A stretch of 64,000 nucleotides of DNA from Opitutales bacterium (lineage in GTDB: Bacteria > Verrucomicrobiota > Verrucomicrobiia > Opitutales > UBA2987). Under the pieces are notes generated by a model. It searched no databases and was not told the DNA's origin. It saw nothing but the letters and a program-made list of their open reading frames with translations. The position numbers were made by a program, and so were the translations under genes. Numbering within the stretch: position 1 is the first letter of the stretch; each line of letters opens with the position of its first letter. Positions 47,434 to 57,988 of the stretch are shown piece after piece. The stretch is from positions 5,929 through 69,928 of the forward strand of contig JAJFLU010000009.1 in the NCBI GenBank assembly GCA_021772515.1. Direction: 5' to 3'.

Positions 47434-48159
47434 ATGCAATCGATTCTGGCAATTTTCAAACGTGAGTTCATGGGATATTTCCGTTCCCCGGTGGGCTATG
47501 TATTTCTCATTGTATTTCTGGTTTCGACCATCGGGCTGACTTGGTTTCTTGGCGGTTTTTTTGACACCAATGATGCCAGTATGGCCCGTTTTTATACATT
47601 TCTTCCCTGGATTTTTCTGTTTCTGGTTCCTGCCGTGGGAATGCGTCTTTGGGCCGAAGAGAAGAAATCGGGCACATGGGAACTGCTTTTTACGTTGCCG
47701 ATTTCGGTTACACAGGCGGTATTTGGCAAATTCCTGGCCGGGTGGGCTTTTATTTCGGTCGGCATTTTGCTCACCTTCTCGATGCCGATGACGGTCGCCT
47801 ATTTGGGGGATCCCGATTGGGGGCCGGTATTCAGCGGTTATTTGGGAGGTATTCTCATGGCGGGCGCGTTTTTGAGCATTTGCTCGCTGACCTCCTCATT
47901 GACCGAAAACCAGGTTATCAGCTTCGTTTTGAGTGTGGTCATTTGTTTGATCCTGGTTTTGCTCGGATGGAGCGTGTTCAGCGATCTCATGCTGGCTGCC
48001 CACTTTCCCGTCTGGCTGGTCGATGGCCTCTCGAATTTCAGTTTTATCACCCATTTTAATCCCATGGTGAGAGGATTGGTCACTTTGCGGGACATGCTCT
48101 TTTTCGTTTCTCTGGGGGCTTTTTGCCTTTTCGTCAACGTGCTCACTCTGGAGCGCTGA
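47434..48159 (+). CDS. ABC-2 type transporter permease (GldF-like)
   Basis: 241 aa with 6 TM helices. Immediately downstream of the ATPase. Confidence 0.85.
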   Translation: MQSILAIFKREFMGYFRSPVGYVFLIVFLVSTIGLTWFLGGFFDTNDASMARFYTFLPWIFLFLVPAVGMRLWAEEKKSGTWELLFTLPISVTQAVFGKFLAGWAFISVGILLTFSMPMTVAYLGDPDWGPVFSGYLGGILMAGAFLSICSLTSSLTENQVISFVLSVVICLILVLLGWSVFSDLMLAAHFPVWLVDGLSNFSFITHFNPMVRGLVTLRDMLFFVSLGAFCLFVNVLTLER

Positions 48160-48198
48160 TCCACGGATAATTTCAAAGTTAACTCTTCTTTTCTGACA

Positions 48199-50085
48199 AT
48201 GAAAACCACATCAAAATGGGTCGCCCTAATCCTCCTTGTGGCGGGGTTGTTCCTGGTCACGATAATAACCAGCTTCATCCCCGGGCAGGTAGATTTTACC
48301 TCGGAAAATATTTACACCCTCTCGGATGGCAGTAAGGCGTTGCTAAAAAAGGTCGAGGAGCCGATTACTCTGGATTATTACTTTCGGCGCAGTGCAGAGG
48401 AAGTGCCCATCCATTTTAAGAATTATGCCACTCGGGTGGAAGCGCTGTTGCGCCAGTATAAGAGTTCGGGCGGTGGCAATATCGTTTTAAATATTATCGA
48501 TCCGAAACCCGATACCGAAGAGGAGGAAGAAGCCATCCGCTCCGGTTTGTCCAACCAGAGATTGCCCAACGGCGATAATTTCTTTTTCGGGTTGAAGGCC
48601 GTTCAAGCGGAGCAGGAGGAAACCATTCCGGTTTTCGACCCCAAGCGTGAATCTTTTCTCGAATACGACCTCTCGCGCCTCCTTCACCGTGTCCAGCAAC
48701 TTGATTTACCCAAACTTGGAGTGATTTCCTCCCTGCCGGTGATATCAGGATACCAGCCCGGTATGATGCCTCCGGGTCAACAACCCCCGGCAGATTGGGC
48801 GGTCATCGAGGAATTGCGCGCGAGTTTCACGATCGAACAAGTGGCGGCCGAAGATACGGAATTGCCCGATGATCTGGATATTCTCGCGATCGTTCACCCC
48901 GCAGGTTTGAGCGATTCAATACTCTACGAAATCGACCAGTTCGTCCTCTCGGGGAAACCTGTTTTTATCGCTGTCGATCCCTCGTCAGATGTGCAAAAAA
49001 GGAGCATGAGCCAGCAGCAGAGGATGATGGGTGGAATGCCGAGCACCTCCAGCGATCTTCCACGCCTTTTTGACAAGTGGGGCATTGATTACGATCCTCT
49101 TTATTTTGTGGCGGACATCAAAAATGCCGAAAATGTCATGATGGGCCAGGGGGGAAATGCCACCCGTTACCCGGCATGGCATAAAATAGTGGATTTATCC
49201 GATGAAGCTCCCCCAACGGCCGAACTCAACCAGATGTTTTTGGTTGAGCCCGGCAGCTTTCGCGTGGAGTCCGATAGTGGGCTGAAGTTGACACCTCTCA
49301 TGGTTAGCTCGGAGGAAAGCGGGCGACTGACCGCCAGTTTGCTCAATTTTACCCCGCCTGATGAATTGACCCGGCAGGTGGATCCCGACGGGAAAACCTA
49401 CGTGCTTGCGGGAATTTTAAATGGAAGACTCTCTACGGCATTTCCCGATGGGAAACCTAAAAATGAGGAAGAGACGGAGGGAGACACAGGGGACGGCGGT
49501 GAAAAATCTCTGAAGGAATCGGCTGGCGAAAGCACCTTGGTATTGATCGCCGATACGGATTTCCTGTCGGATAATTATAGTGTCCGACGAATTAATTTTT
49601 TGGGAATGAGGGGTCTGCAACCACTCAATGACAACCTCGCGTTTGTCAGTAATTCCCTGGAATACCTGGCCGGAAGCGAGGACCTCATCTCGCTGCGTGG
49701 AAAAGGAACGGTGGTGCGGCCATTTACGGTTGTCCGCGATCTGGAATCGAAAGCTCAGGAAAAATTCCAGTTGGAATATGAGGATCTACAGGAGGAGCTT
49801 AAGGATGTGCAGGGGAAATTGAGCGATTTACAAGCCCAACAAGGAGGCCGTCAGCGACTGGTGGCCGGGTCGGAGGTTCGCAAGTTGATCGAAGATTACC
49901 GCGAAGAGGAGGCCGATAAAAAGGCGGAGTTACGCAATATTCGGAAGAAGTTGCGCGAAGATATCGAAAGCCTGGAGCGTAGGTTGGCCCTCATGAATCT
50001 GCTCGCGGTGCCCTGTTTGGTCGGATTCGCGGGAATCGGGTTTTTTATGCTCCGCCACAAGCGACAGAAAGGCGGCAGGGCATGA
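48199..50085 (+). CDS. GldG-family ABC-transporter auxiliary protein
   Basis: 628 aa with N- and C-terminal TM anchors, a large periplasmic region and a C-terminal coiled coil. Gene order ATPase-permease-GldG. Confidence 0.8.
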   Translation: MKTTSKWVALILLVAGLFLVTIITSFIPGQVDFTSENIYTLSDGSKALLKKVEEPITLDYYFRRSAEEVPIHFKNYATRVEALLRQYKSSGGGNIVLNIIDPKPDTEEEEEAIRSGLSNQRLPNGDNFFFGLKAVQAEQEETIPVFDPKRESFLEYDLSRLLHRVQQLDLPKLGVISSLPVISGYQPGMMPPGQQPPADWAVIEELRASFTIEQVAAEDTELPDDLDILAIVHPAGLSDSILYEIDQFVLSGKPVFIAVDPSSDVQKRSMSQQQRMMGGMPSTSSDLPRLFDKWGIDYDPLYFVADIKNAENVMMGQGGNATRYPAWHKIVDLSDEAPPTAELNQMFLVEPGSFRVESDSGLKLTPLMVSSEESGRLTASLLNFTPPDELTRQVDPDGKTYVLAGILNGRLSTAFPDGKPKNEEETEGDTGDGGEKSLKESAGESTLVLIADTDFLSDNYSVRRINFLGMRGLQPLNDNLAFVSNSLEYLAGSEDLISLRGKGTVVRPFTVVRDLESKAQEKFQLEYEDLQEELKDVQGKLSDLQAQQGGRQRLVAGSEVRKLIEDYREEEADKKAELRNIRKKLREDIESLERRLALMNLLAVPCLVGFAGIGFFMLRHKRQKGGRA

Positions 50086-51155
50086 AACTGAAACCGCTCA
50101 TAATAACCATATTTGTCATCGCCGTCCTGGCAATCGTAGGATGGAAGCTAACCCGCCCCGCTCCGCGAGCCAAAGAAGAGGGAAGCCTGGCGGGAGAAAA
50201 GTTGCTCCAGCCCGAAGTTCTTGAAAAAGCGGATGAAATCGTTTTTCAAAAACCATCAGAAAAGGAAACGGTGGTCCTTAAACGGGAAAAAGGCGGAGAT
50301 TGGATACTGCCGGATTACCACGGGTTTCGGGCCGATTTCGGAAAACTGAAAACGCTTACAGGAAATCTTCTGGATGCCTCGATAATTCGATTGGTCACAC
50401 GTTCTACCGAGAGAATGAGCCGCCTGGAATTGGGAACGAATATAGTGACTTTGAAATCGGCGGATGGCAATACGCTGTGGGATCTCGAAGTTGGCAAATC
50501 GGGCTCGAAATCCGGTCTGTTCGTCCGTCTCGATGAAAAAGAGGAGGCCTATCTGGCGGACCTGAGCTTTTATCTCGATACCGACCTTAAAAACTGGCCC
50601 GACAAGAAAATGCTGACATTTGAGCAAAAAGACGTTTCCCGGCTCCGCATAGAATTTTCCGGTGAAGGGGAATTACCGCTTGATGTCTCCCGAGCGAGTC
50701 CCGAATCGCCTTTTGAAATCAGTGGTCCGGTTGCGGGCGAAGGCCTCAAGCAGAATGAGGTTAACAGCCTGCTCTCGACCCTTGTAGGCGTGCGTTTCAA
50801 TGAGGTTCGCGGTTTGGAAGACGGCGATGCGCTGAAGGCGCGTGATAATAGCCGCCAAGTGGTGATAGGGCTGTTTAACGGCGACTCTTATACATTGACG
50901 GTAGGTCGCCGCCCGGCGGAAATTGTTGAAATTGCGGTTGAAGAGGGTGAGGAAGAAGAAAAGGAGGAACCCAAACCGGGGCCGGTATTTATCTTTTTCG
51001 AGAGCTCGGATGCGGAAGATTCATTGAATCGGATAATGTCGGAAGTGACTTTGGTTTATTCGGATTACACGTTTAATCAACTGCCTGAGAATCGTGATAA
51101 ACTGGTGGAGGCCAAAGAGGAGGAAAAAACCTTTATCCTGCCTGAATCAGGCTAA
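50082..51155 (+). CDS. DUF4340 domain protein
   Basis: ATGA overlap with the GldG-like gene. N-terminal TM helix, then repeated beta-rich modules. This is the usual partner of GldG-type clusters. Confidence 0.65.
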   Translation: MKLKPLIITIFVIAVLAIVGWKLTRPAPRAKEEGSLAGEKLLQPEVLEKADEIVFQKPSEKETVVLKREKGGDWILPDYHGFRADFGKLKTLTGNLLDASIIRLVTRSTERMSRLELGTNIVTLKSADGNTLWDLEVGKSGSKSGLFVRLDEKEEAYLADLSFYLDTDLKNWPDKKMLTFEQKDVSRLRIEFSGEGELPLDVSRASPESPFEISGPVAGEGLKQNEVNSLLSTLVGVRFNEVRGLEDGDALKARDNSRQVVIGLFNGDSYTLTVGRRPAEIVEIAVEEGEEEEKEEPKPGPVFIFFESSDAEDSLNRIMSEVTLVYSDYTFNQLPENRDKLVEAKEEEKTFILPESG

Positions 51156-51722
51156 CTCCTTGTATCGAAAACAGTCGGTGGTGTGGTCGTTGACCATCCC
51201 GGTGGCCTGCATGAAGGCGTAGCAGATTGTCGGCCCGACAAATTTGAAACCTCTGCGTTTCAGATCCTTGCTCATCTGATCCGCCTCTTTGGTGGAAGCG
51301 GGCAGTTCACTCAAAGAATTCCAACGGTTCTGTATAGTAACGCCGGCGGTAAATTGCCAGATATAGGCATCGAAGGAGTCAAATTCCTCGGTCGTTTGGA
51401 GGAAGGCTTTGGCGTTACCGATGGCGGCGGCTATTTTTAATCGGTTCCGAACTATACCGGCATTTTGAAGTAGCTCCTCTACTTTTTTTGGGCCGTAACG
51501 GGCGATTTTCTCTGGATCAAAACCGTCGAATGCCTTCCGGTAGTTATCACGTTTTTTTAAAATCGTAATCCAACTGAGGCCTGCCTGAGCGCCTTCGAGA
51601 AGCAAAAACTCGAAGAGCAGGCGGTCATTATGCAGAGGAACCCCCCACTCGATATCATGATAATCTTGGTAAGTGGAATCCGAACCGGCCCATTGGCAAC
51701 GCTTTTTATTTGCTTTGTTCAT
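51147..51722 (-). CDS. tag: DNA-3-methyladenine glycosylase I
   Basis: I chose the start at MNKANKKRCQWAGSDSTYQDYHDIEWGVP. Also LEGAQAGLSW and GIVRNRLKI motifs. Confidence 0.92.
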   Translation of the reverse strand: MNKANKKRCQWAGSDSTYQDYHDIEWGVPLHNDRLLFEFLLLEGAQAGLSWITILKKRDNYRKAFDGFDPEKIARYGPKKVEELLQNAGIVRNRLKIAAAIGNAKAFLQTTEEFDSFDAYIWQFTAGVTIQNRWNSLSELPASTKEADQMSKDLKRRGFKFVGPTICYAFMQATGMVNDHTTDCFRYKELA

Positions 51723-51818
51723 AGAGAAAATAGACAGTTTGACTGTGTTGAGAAATGGAGAGAATAGATTATTGTTGCTTCTTTGGGAGACCCTCAACAT
51801 TTATTTGTCATTAGAACT

Positions 51819-52574
51819 ATGTTCAGAATGATTTCAAGAAATCGTTTTGCGGTTGGACCGTGGATTATGGGGGGGCTCTGCCTTTTGCTTCCGTTGCAAT
51901 ACGGATTCGGGCAAAACGCGGAGAGAGATACGCAAAAGTTAAATACTCGACTGAGCGATATAAATACCTTTTTCGCCACGGTCATGGCGAATCCTCAAAC
52001 GGCCATCCCTCAGGCGGTTCTGGGTAACGCCAAAGGCATCATTGTCGTGATGAAGTCTGGCAGCAGGTTTGGGGGTCGCAAAGGCGGCACCGGCATAGTC
52101 ATTGTGCGCGATGAGCGAAACGGCCAACTCGGTGTGCCATCATTTATCCTTTCACAGGATGAAAACTGGGGCCTTGTGGTCGCTGGCAAGATGGTGGATT
52201 CGATATACCTTTTGATGGATTCCGATGGATTGAGCATTCTGTCGGAAAATCGGTTTCGCATCGGATCGGCTGTGAAGGCTGCGGTTGGACCGACCACCGC
52301 GCAGCCGGATGTGCAGGTGGATGCTTCCATCCTTGTCTATTCCGATACGCCGGGATCGGCTCCGGGCACCTTTTACTCCGGTGGCATTCTCTATGGCGAG
52401 ATCACGGCCAACCGTCTCTACTACAACGACGATTCCATAACCATGCAGGATCTCCTTTTCAACTATTCAGGGGAGCCGACGGCGGAGATTTTGAATTTCG
52501 TGCAGGTTGTGGACAAGTATGTGGGCGAGTTCAAAGTCGTTAAAAAGAAGCGGATAGGCAGCATTATCTTCTAG
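51819..52574 (+). CDS. SYLF (DUF500/Ysc84-like) lipid-binding domain protein, secreted
   Basis: I chose the ATG at 51819 (signal-like FAVGPWIMGGLCLLLPLQYGFG). AKGIIVVMKSGSRFGGRKGGTGIV... pattern of the SYLF domain. Confidence 0.7.
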   Translation: MFRMISRNRFAVGPWIMGGLCLLLPLQYGFGQNAERDTQKLNTRLSDINTFFATVMANPQTAIPQAVLGNAKGIIVVMKSGSRFGGRKGGTGIVIVRDERNGQLGVPSFILSQDENWGLVVAGKMVDSIYLLMDSDGLSILSENRFRIGSAVKAAVGPTTAQPDVQVDASILVYSDTPGSAPGTFYSGGILYGEITANRLYYNDDSITMQDLLFNYSGEPTAEILNFVQVVDKYVGEFKVVKKKRIGSIIF

Positions 52575-52589
52575 CCAATTTTAAGATAA

Positions 52590-55217
52590 TTACCCTTTGG
52601 GTTGAAGAATCGCCACATAGGCATCGGTTTCACGAACCGAGTCGAAATCGGTTTCGTTTAGAAGATTATCCATGGTCCACGAAATGACGTTGGGAAAATT
52701 TCTCGTAAACGCCTCCTGCAGGAGGGAGGTTGCCTGCTCCTTGTCGTTAATCAAGGCGGCAATGCGGGCGCGCATATAGCTATCCCACCCGTAGGAATCG
52801 GGGTATTCGGCGGTGCGCATATCATTGAAAACTTCGAGGGCTTCCCTGGTATTGGCCAGACGTGCCGCGCATAAACCAACGTAGCCGCGCGGGATGGGGT
52901 ATTCGGAATATTCGGAAGCGAGGGTGGAAAAGATTTTTTTGGCCTCCTCATATTTACCTGCCCGGTAGAGAAGTTCGGCGTAGAAAAACTGGTGCTCATC
53001 GGTTTCCACCATATCGGCGGGTAGTTTTTCGACCCACTGAAAAGCCTGGTCGTATAATTCGGCGGCCCCTGAGACATTACCGTCGGCGGCCAGAACCATG
53101 CCGGTATCAAGGAGTAATTTACCGGTGGAAAACTCGCCCAACGGGGTGAAACGATAGGAGGAACTGATGCGCCGGTTGACCTCATCCATTTGCCCTAATT
53201 TGGCCAGGGCAATGGTTTCGGCAGTCAGGGCGATGAAGTTGAAAGGGAATTCCTCGACTCCTTCCTGGGCCACCTTGAGGGCTTCATCGTTGTTTCCCAA
53301 TTGTCGCAGGGCGGCAGAATAAAAATGGTAGGCAAAAGCATCCATCGGGGCCATTTTGAGTGCCGGGTCGGTTTTTTGAAATATTTCCAGGGCATCATTT
53401 GGGCGGTTGAGCCATAATGCCCTGAGGCCCGCGTTGATGAGCGTTCGGTGGGAGGATTCCAAATCAACCAACTGCCTCGCATATTGGTAGGAGCGCAGAA
53501 CGTCTCCGTTATTGGAGGCCAGGCTAAAGTCCACATAGGTGCGGTCGAGTTCGTTAAGTTGGTTGCCCTTTTTCTTTAAATCCTCAAAGAGGGCGCCGGC
53601 TTGTTCAACTTTTTCCAAATTGGCCATCGCGGTCGCTTTCATGACCGCAGGGGTTAAAAATTCGGGGTCGATTTTTTGCGCTTCACCAAAATTGTCGACC
53701 GCTTCCTGGTAGTCGCCGTGGCCAAAACTTTTCATTCCCTCCTCGTATAGTTTGTATGCGCTGTAGAGGGGGGGCCAACTCCTGGTGGCCTCGGCAAGAT
53801 AGTCATAAGTGGAATAATAGAGTGACATGGCGCTGGCCACACGCTCCTGAAGTTCTCCCACCACCTTGCGGGGCGACATCAGCGGCCCGGACACCGGATT
53901 GAGCGAGTTGAGCACCTCTCCGGTCTCTACATTGATGATCTTGGTCTGGATTTTCAGGTCGTAGGATTGCCAGAAATATGAGCCGTAAATAGCGATACCC
54001 GCGCCGGACTGCTCAGCCTGGCTGACGACGGAACCACCTCCACCGCCTTCCACTCCCTGATTGATAATCGATTCGGCGGAGACCCGGTTGATGGTTGCGG
54101 GAATAACCGAAACCAGCTTTGTTCCCTCGAGACCCTGAGAAATCGAATCGCAGATGACATTTCCCAATTTTTGTTCGGCGGGATCACCTGTCAGGTTTTC
54201 GAAAATAGCGACATAGATGCGCTTCATGTCGAGGCCAGAATCTTCGGCTGTTGGCGTGGTTGCGGTAGCGACTGCCACGGCAGCAGCCACGGCAATGTCG
54301 GCAGCTATGGCATCTTCGGCGGCTTTTTTGGCGGCATCTGCGAGAGCTTTGGCGGAGGCTTCTTCCTGTTTTTTCAAGGCCGTTTCAAATTGGCCTAATA
54401 CCGCCTGTAATTGGGAAACGGTTTCTCCCTGCTCCTGACTGGGTTCTTCCTCCTCCTCGGGAGTCACCGCCTGGGAATCTGTGAATCGCGGTTTGGTCGA
54501 GGTAACTCCAGCCGGATCATCCGCCACGGGCTCCTGTTTTTTGATGAACTTGGGGTAAATGAAAAATATCCCGATCGCCGCCACGGCCGCCACGCCGGTA
54601 ATTATCATGGGCAGGGTTCTCTTTTTCTTGGCCGTGCCCTTTCTCTTTTTTACTCCGGCTGCGCCAAGCTGCGCCTCGAGGAGCAACTGGTAGACGGGCA
54701 CTTTTTCGCGTATATTCTTTAGCTCGATTGGGCCGAGATAGGTGGTGTCGAGCTTGATGCTGTTTTTAACGACATCGTAAACGGTTTGAGATATGCAGAT
54801 GCCGCCGGGTTCCGCCTTCGATTCCAGTCGTGAGGCGATATTGACACCGTCTCCCATGACATCGGATTGATTGAAATAAACGTCCCCGATATGGATGCCG
54901 ATACGGTGGAGGAGCCTTTTTTCGTTGGGTTCCTTTTTCGCCCGGTCGTGGTTGGAATTTTGAATTTCCATGGCGCAGGCTACGGCCTGAGACGCGCTAT
55001 CGAAATACATGAGCAACCCGTCACCCATGGATTTGAGGACTCTCCCGCCCTTTCTCTCACAGACCTCGCGCATCAGAGTAAAGTCGCGATTGACCCGTTT
55101 CAGGGTGCCCGATTCGTCCTCATTCATTTGAGCGCTAAAACTGGCCACATCGGTAAAAACGATGGTCGCCAGGGTTCTTTTGGCGCTTTCTTCGGGTAAT
55201 TTTTTGTCGTCGCTCAT
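52590..55217 (-). CDS. Class III adenylate/guanylate cyclase - TM - periplasmic domain - TPR repeat protein
   Basis: N-terminal cyclase motifs (IVFTDVASFS, KSMGDGLLMYF, IGIHIGDV, GDGVNIASRLES), one TM helix, an Ala/Glu-rich linker and a long TPR-rich C-terminal half. Confidence 0.9.
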   Translation of the reverse strand: MSDDKKLPEESAKRTLATIVFTDVASFSAQMNEDESGTLKRVNRDFTLMREVCERKGGRVLKSMGDGLLMYFDSASQAVACAMEIQNSNHDRAKKEPNEKRLLHRIGIHIGDVYFNQSDVMGDGVNIASRLESKAEPGGICISQTVYDVVKNSIKLDTTYLGPIELKNIREKVPVYQLLLEAQLGAAGVKKRKGTAKKKRTLPMIITGVAAVAAIGIFFIYPKFIKKQEPVADDPAGVTSTKPRFTDSQAVTPEEEEEPSQEQGETVSQLQAVLGQFETALKKQEEASAKALADAAKKAAEDAIAADIAVAAAVAVATATTPTAEDSGLDMKRIYVAIFENLTGDPAEQKLGNVICDSISQGLEGTKLVSVIPATINRVSAESIINQGVEGGGGGSVVSQAEQSGAGIAIYGSYFWQSYDLKIQTKIINVETGEVLNSLNPVSGPLMSPRKVVGELQERVASAMSLYYSTYDYLAEATRSWPPLYSAYKLYEEGMKSFGHGDYQEAVDNFGEAQKIDPEFLTPAVMKATAMANLEKVEQAGALFEDLKKKGNQLNELDRTYVDFSLASNNGDVLRSYQYARQLVDLESSHRTLINAGLRALWLNRPNDALEIFQKTDPALKMAPMDAFAYHFYSAALRQLGNNDEALKVAQEGVEEFPFNFIALTAETIALAKLGQMDEVNRRISSSYRFTPLGEFSTGKLLLDTGMVLAADGNVSGAAELYDQAFQWVEKLPADMVETDEHQFFYAELLYRAGKYEEAKKIFSTLASEYSEYPIPRGYVGLCAARLANTREALEVFNDMRTAEYPDSYGWDSYMRARIAALINDKEQATSLLQEAFTRNFPNVISWTMDNLLNETDFDSVRETDAYVAILQPKG

Positions 55218-55340
55218 TTTTTAAAATGTTGGTGGATCAATGAGTCGCCAGTATACTATGGCCCACTCACCGGTAGTTTAGTGAGATAACTGGAAAAATT
55301 GCAAGTAGGATTAAGACTATCTCCCCCCGGTGGCTCAGGT

Positions 55341-56432
55341 TCATGCAAATACTATCATATTGCGCAGCGCTTTACCTTGGTTCATGAGCTCGATGGCCTC
55401 ATTGATTTCCTCCAGCGGGTATCTTCCACTAATCAATTCCTCGAGCTTGAGATGACCGCAATTGTGGAGGTCAACCAGCCGGGGCACATCCACGCCCAAT
55501 CGGACTGAGCCCATGCGGCTGCCGATAATTCGCTTCTCGGCGCGGACCAGGGACATCGCTGAAAAGGAAACGAGGGTATCGACCGGCGGGAGGCCGACGA
55601 TGACAACCGTGCCCCGTTTGCCAACCAGCTCCACCGCCTGCTCGATGGCTTTTACGGTCCCGACTGTGACAAAGGCATAATCGGCCCCGCGGCCCGAGGT
55701 GATTTTTCGGATTTCCTCGGCGATGTCGCCATCACCAACCCGCAGGCAGTGGGTGGCCCCGAACTCTTTCGCCTTTTCCAATTTGCTCTCCAGTAAATCT
55801 ATGGCAATGATGGGGTAAGCCCCGGCCAGAGCTGCCCCCTGAAGGGAATTCAGACCGACACCCCCGGCCCCGATAACCGCGACCGAAGAACCCGTTTCGA
55901 CTTGGGCGGTATTGACGACTGCCCCCACACCGGTGACGACGCCGCAGGCGAGCAAAGCCGCACGCTCCAGCGAAAACCCGGATGGCACCGGAACCACCTG
56001 TGATTGGTCCACGACCACACATTCGGCAAAACCCGCAGTAAACAAGCCTGGAGCCAGAGTCTGACCCTTCAAATTTCTCAATCGGCTTTCACGAGCGAGG
56101 GCAAAATCACCCGAGCACATTTGGGGCAGACCCTTGGTGCAATAATGGCAGCGTCCGCAATTACGGACCAGGCAAACCACCGCCGGATCTCCCACCTTGG
56201 CCGTGGTTACACCGGGGCCAACCTCCTCGACAATCCCAGCCACCTCATGCCCTGGAACGAGGGGCACAGGGCCGCCCCATTCCCCTTTGATCAAATGGAT
56301 GTCGCTATGGCAAATACCGGTTGCGGCCACACGCACCTTGACCTCGCCTTGTTGGGGCGGATCGATTTCGATCTCCTCGACGACGAGGGGTTTTCCAAAT
56401 TCGTAACAAACTGCCGCTTTTATTTTTTCCAT
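55341..56432 (-). CDS. Zinc-dependent alcohol dehydrogenase (class III/medium-chain)
   Basis: GICHSD, GHEVAGIVEEVG, structural-zinc Cys cluster CGRCHYCTKG, and GAGGVG Rossmann motif. Confidence 0.9.
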   Translation of the reverse strand: MEKIKAAVCYEFGKPLVVEEIEIDPPQQGEVKVRVAATGICHSDIHLIKGEWGGPVPLVPGHEVAGIVEEVGPGVTTAKVGDPAVVCLVRNCGRCHYCTKGLPQMCSGDFALARESRLRNLKGQTLAPGLFTAGFAECVVVDQSQVVPVPSGFSLERAALLACGVVTGVGAVVNTAQVETGSSVAVIGAGGVGLNSLQGAALAGAYPIIAIDLLESKLEKAKEFGATHCLRVGDGDIAEEIRKITSGRGADYAFVTVGTVKAIEQAVELVGKRGTVVIVGLPPVDTLVSFSAMSLVRAEKRIIGSRMGSVRLGVDVPRLVDLHNCGHLKLEELISGRYPLEEINEAIELMNQGKALRNMIVFA

Positions 56433-56465
56433 GTGGTCAAAACTACTAAAAATTGTGGTTCGGGA

Positions 56466-56999
56466 TCAAAGGTTTTCGGCCTGATATTCCTGGGCAAACC
56501 TGTCCAGCAATTGCCGGACGCCCATATCGAGGTAGGATTTCTTATTGGTAATTCCGAGGATGGTTTTTTCCCAGGTTGGCGCGTAAATTCCGGCCAGGTT
56601 ATCGGTGGGCCTTTCGAGTGAAACCATTTCCTGCAATGCCAGCCTGAGGGAAAAAATATAACCGCTGCCGTCTTTTACCTTTCTCAGGAGGACGGCCAGT
56701 TCAAGAATCGGTTTGCCCGGCGCCCGGGAGAGTTTTTCCTCGGTGTAAACGTTGAGATCGATCTTCTTGAGGTGGTCCACGATCAATTTTTGCAACCCCT
56801 CCTGAGAAACTCCCAACTCCTCGGCATCGAAGGTCATTCGGTTTACATTTACCCCAAAACCGGGAAGGTTCTGGAGGGAACTCAGTGAAAATCCGTGGGT
56901 CTCAGCAATGGGGTGAATGGCCAGAAGCAAGGCGAATCCCCAAAACTGGCATAACCGTTTGTTGATCCACTTATTTGTAATATTGAACTTGAACAGCAT
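56466..56999 (-). CDS. Hypothetical secreted protein
   Basis: 177 aa ORF with a signal-like N-terminus (LCQFWGFALLLAIHPIAETHG). No recognisable family. Coding status is judged only from length and position. Confidence 0.4.
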   Translation of the reverse strand: MLFKFNITNKWINKRLCQFWGFALLLAIHPIAETHGFSLSSLQNLPGFGVNVNRMTFDAEELGVSQEGLQKLIVDHLKKIDLNVYTEEKLSRAPGKPILELAVLLRKVKDGSGYIFSLRLALQEMVSLERPTDNLAGIYAPTWEKTILGITNKKSYLDMGVRQLLDRFAQEYQAENL

Positions 57000-57001
57000 C
57001 C

Positions 57002-57940
57002 ATGGATGTTAGAAGAGTTTCCACCGAAATGAAAGCGCGCTTTCTAGTATTCCTTTTCATAGGTTTGACTCCGCTGCGAGCCGAACAGGCCGAGGAAGAG
57101 CCACCGGCAGCATCATTGCCGAAAGATGTGGCAATGGTCTCCGATCTGGTTTATCGGGAGGATTCTTCCAAACCGCTGATGCTGGATATCTACCGGGCAG
57201 AAGATGAAACCACCGGCGAACCCCTGCCCCTGCTCGTTTATATTCATGGCGGCGGTTACCGCAGGGGGACTCGATCGGAAGTTCTGGAAATACCTTTTTT
57301 CCGCGAAATGCTGCTGCCTTTGGTCGCCGAGAAAAAAATCGTTCTCGCCTCCGTTGATTTTAGCAAAGGGAGCAAAAAGTCCCCCCTCAGCACATTGATT
57401 GACGATTGCCGGAAGGCGGTTGGCTGGTTGAAGGAGTTTGCGGGGGACTACGGTATCGATGCTTCGAGGGTCGGGCTGTTGGGCAATGCCAGCGGCGGGC
57501 ATCTAGCGTTGATGACGGGCCTCAAGGATGAACCGGTTTCCTTTATTATCGCTTTTGGACCGGTGACTGATTTGCACCAAATCGCCCTGGAAGTCTCCGA
57601 GAGCGAAGACAAGGATAAGAAAAAAGTGCGCACCCAGTTGAAATTCGGTTTGGGCGGCACGGTGGAGGAAGTCCCCGAAAATTATATCAATGCCAGCCCG
57701 GTCAATTTCATCGAAAAATCATCCTCGCCTATTCTTATTATTACCGGCGAGGAAGACATCCTTTTCCCGCAATCGCAATTGATCGAAGAGAAGAGTCTGG
57801 AAATAGGGGCAAATTTGCGGTTGGTTACTGTGAAAAGCGCAGGGGATGCGGTATATGTTGTTGAGAACTATCCCGAAAGATCGCCTGATCTGCCAAAGAT
57901 ACAGGAAATAGCGACCGGGTTTATGCAGGAGCATTTTTAA
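57002..57940 (+). CDS. Alpha/beta hydrolase (esterase/lipase, HGGG type)
   Basis: Oxyanion motif YIHGGGY and nucleophile elbow GNASGG. The signal peptide begins at the second Met (57029, MKARFLVFLFIGLTPLRA). Confidence 0.8.
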   Translation: MDVRRVSTEMKARFLVFLFIGLTPLRAEQAEEEPPAASLPKDVAMVSDLVYREDSSKPLMLDIYRAEDETTGEPLPLLVYIHGGGYRRGTRSEVLEIPFFREMLLPLVAEKKIVLASVDFSKGSKKSPLSTLIDDCRKAVGWLKEFAGDYGIDASRVGLLGNASGGHLALMTGLKDEPVSFIIAFGPVTDLHQIALEVSESEDKDKKKVRTQLKFGLGGTVEEVPENYINASPVNFIEKSSSPILIITGEEDILFPQSQLIEEKSLEIGANLRLVTVKSAGDAVYVVENYPERSPDLPKIQEIATGFMQEHF

Positions 57941-57988
57941 TCTGGAAAAACGGCCTTCCGCGCTAGACAGGTATCGGCCTGAGCATTT

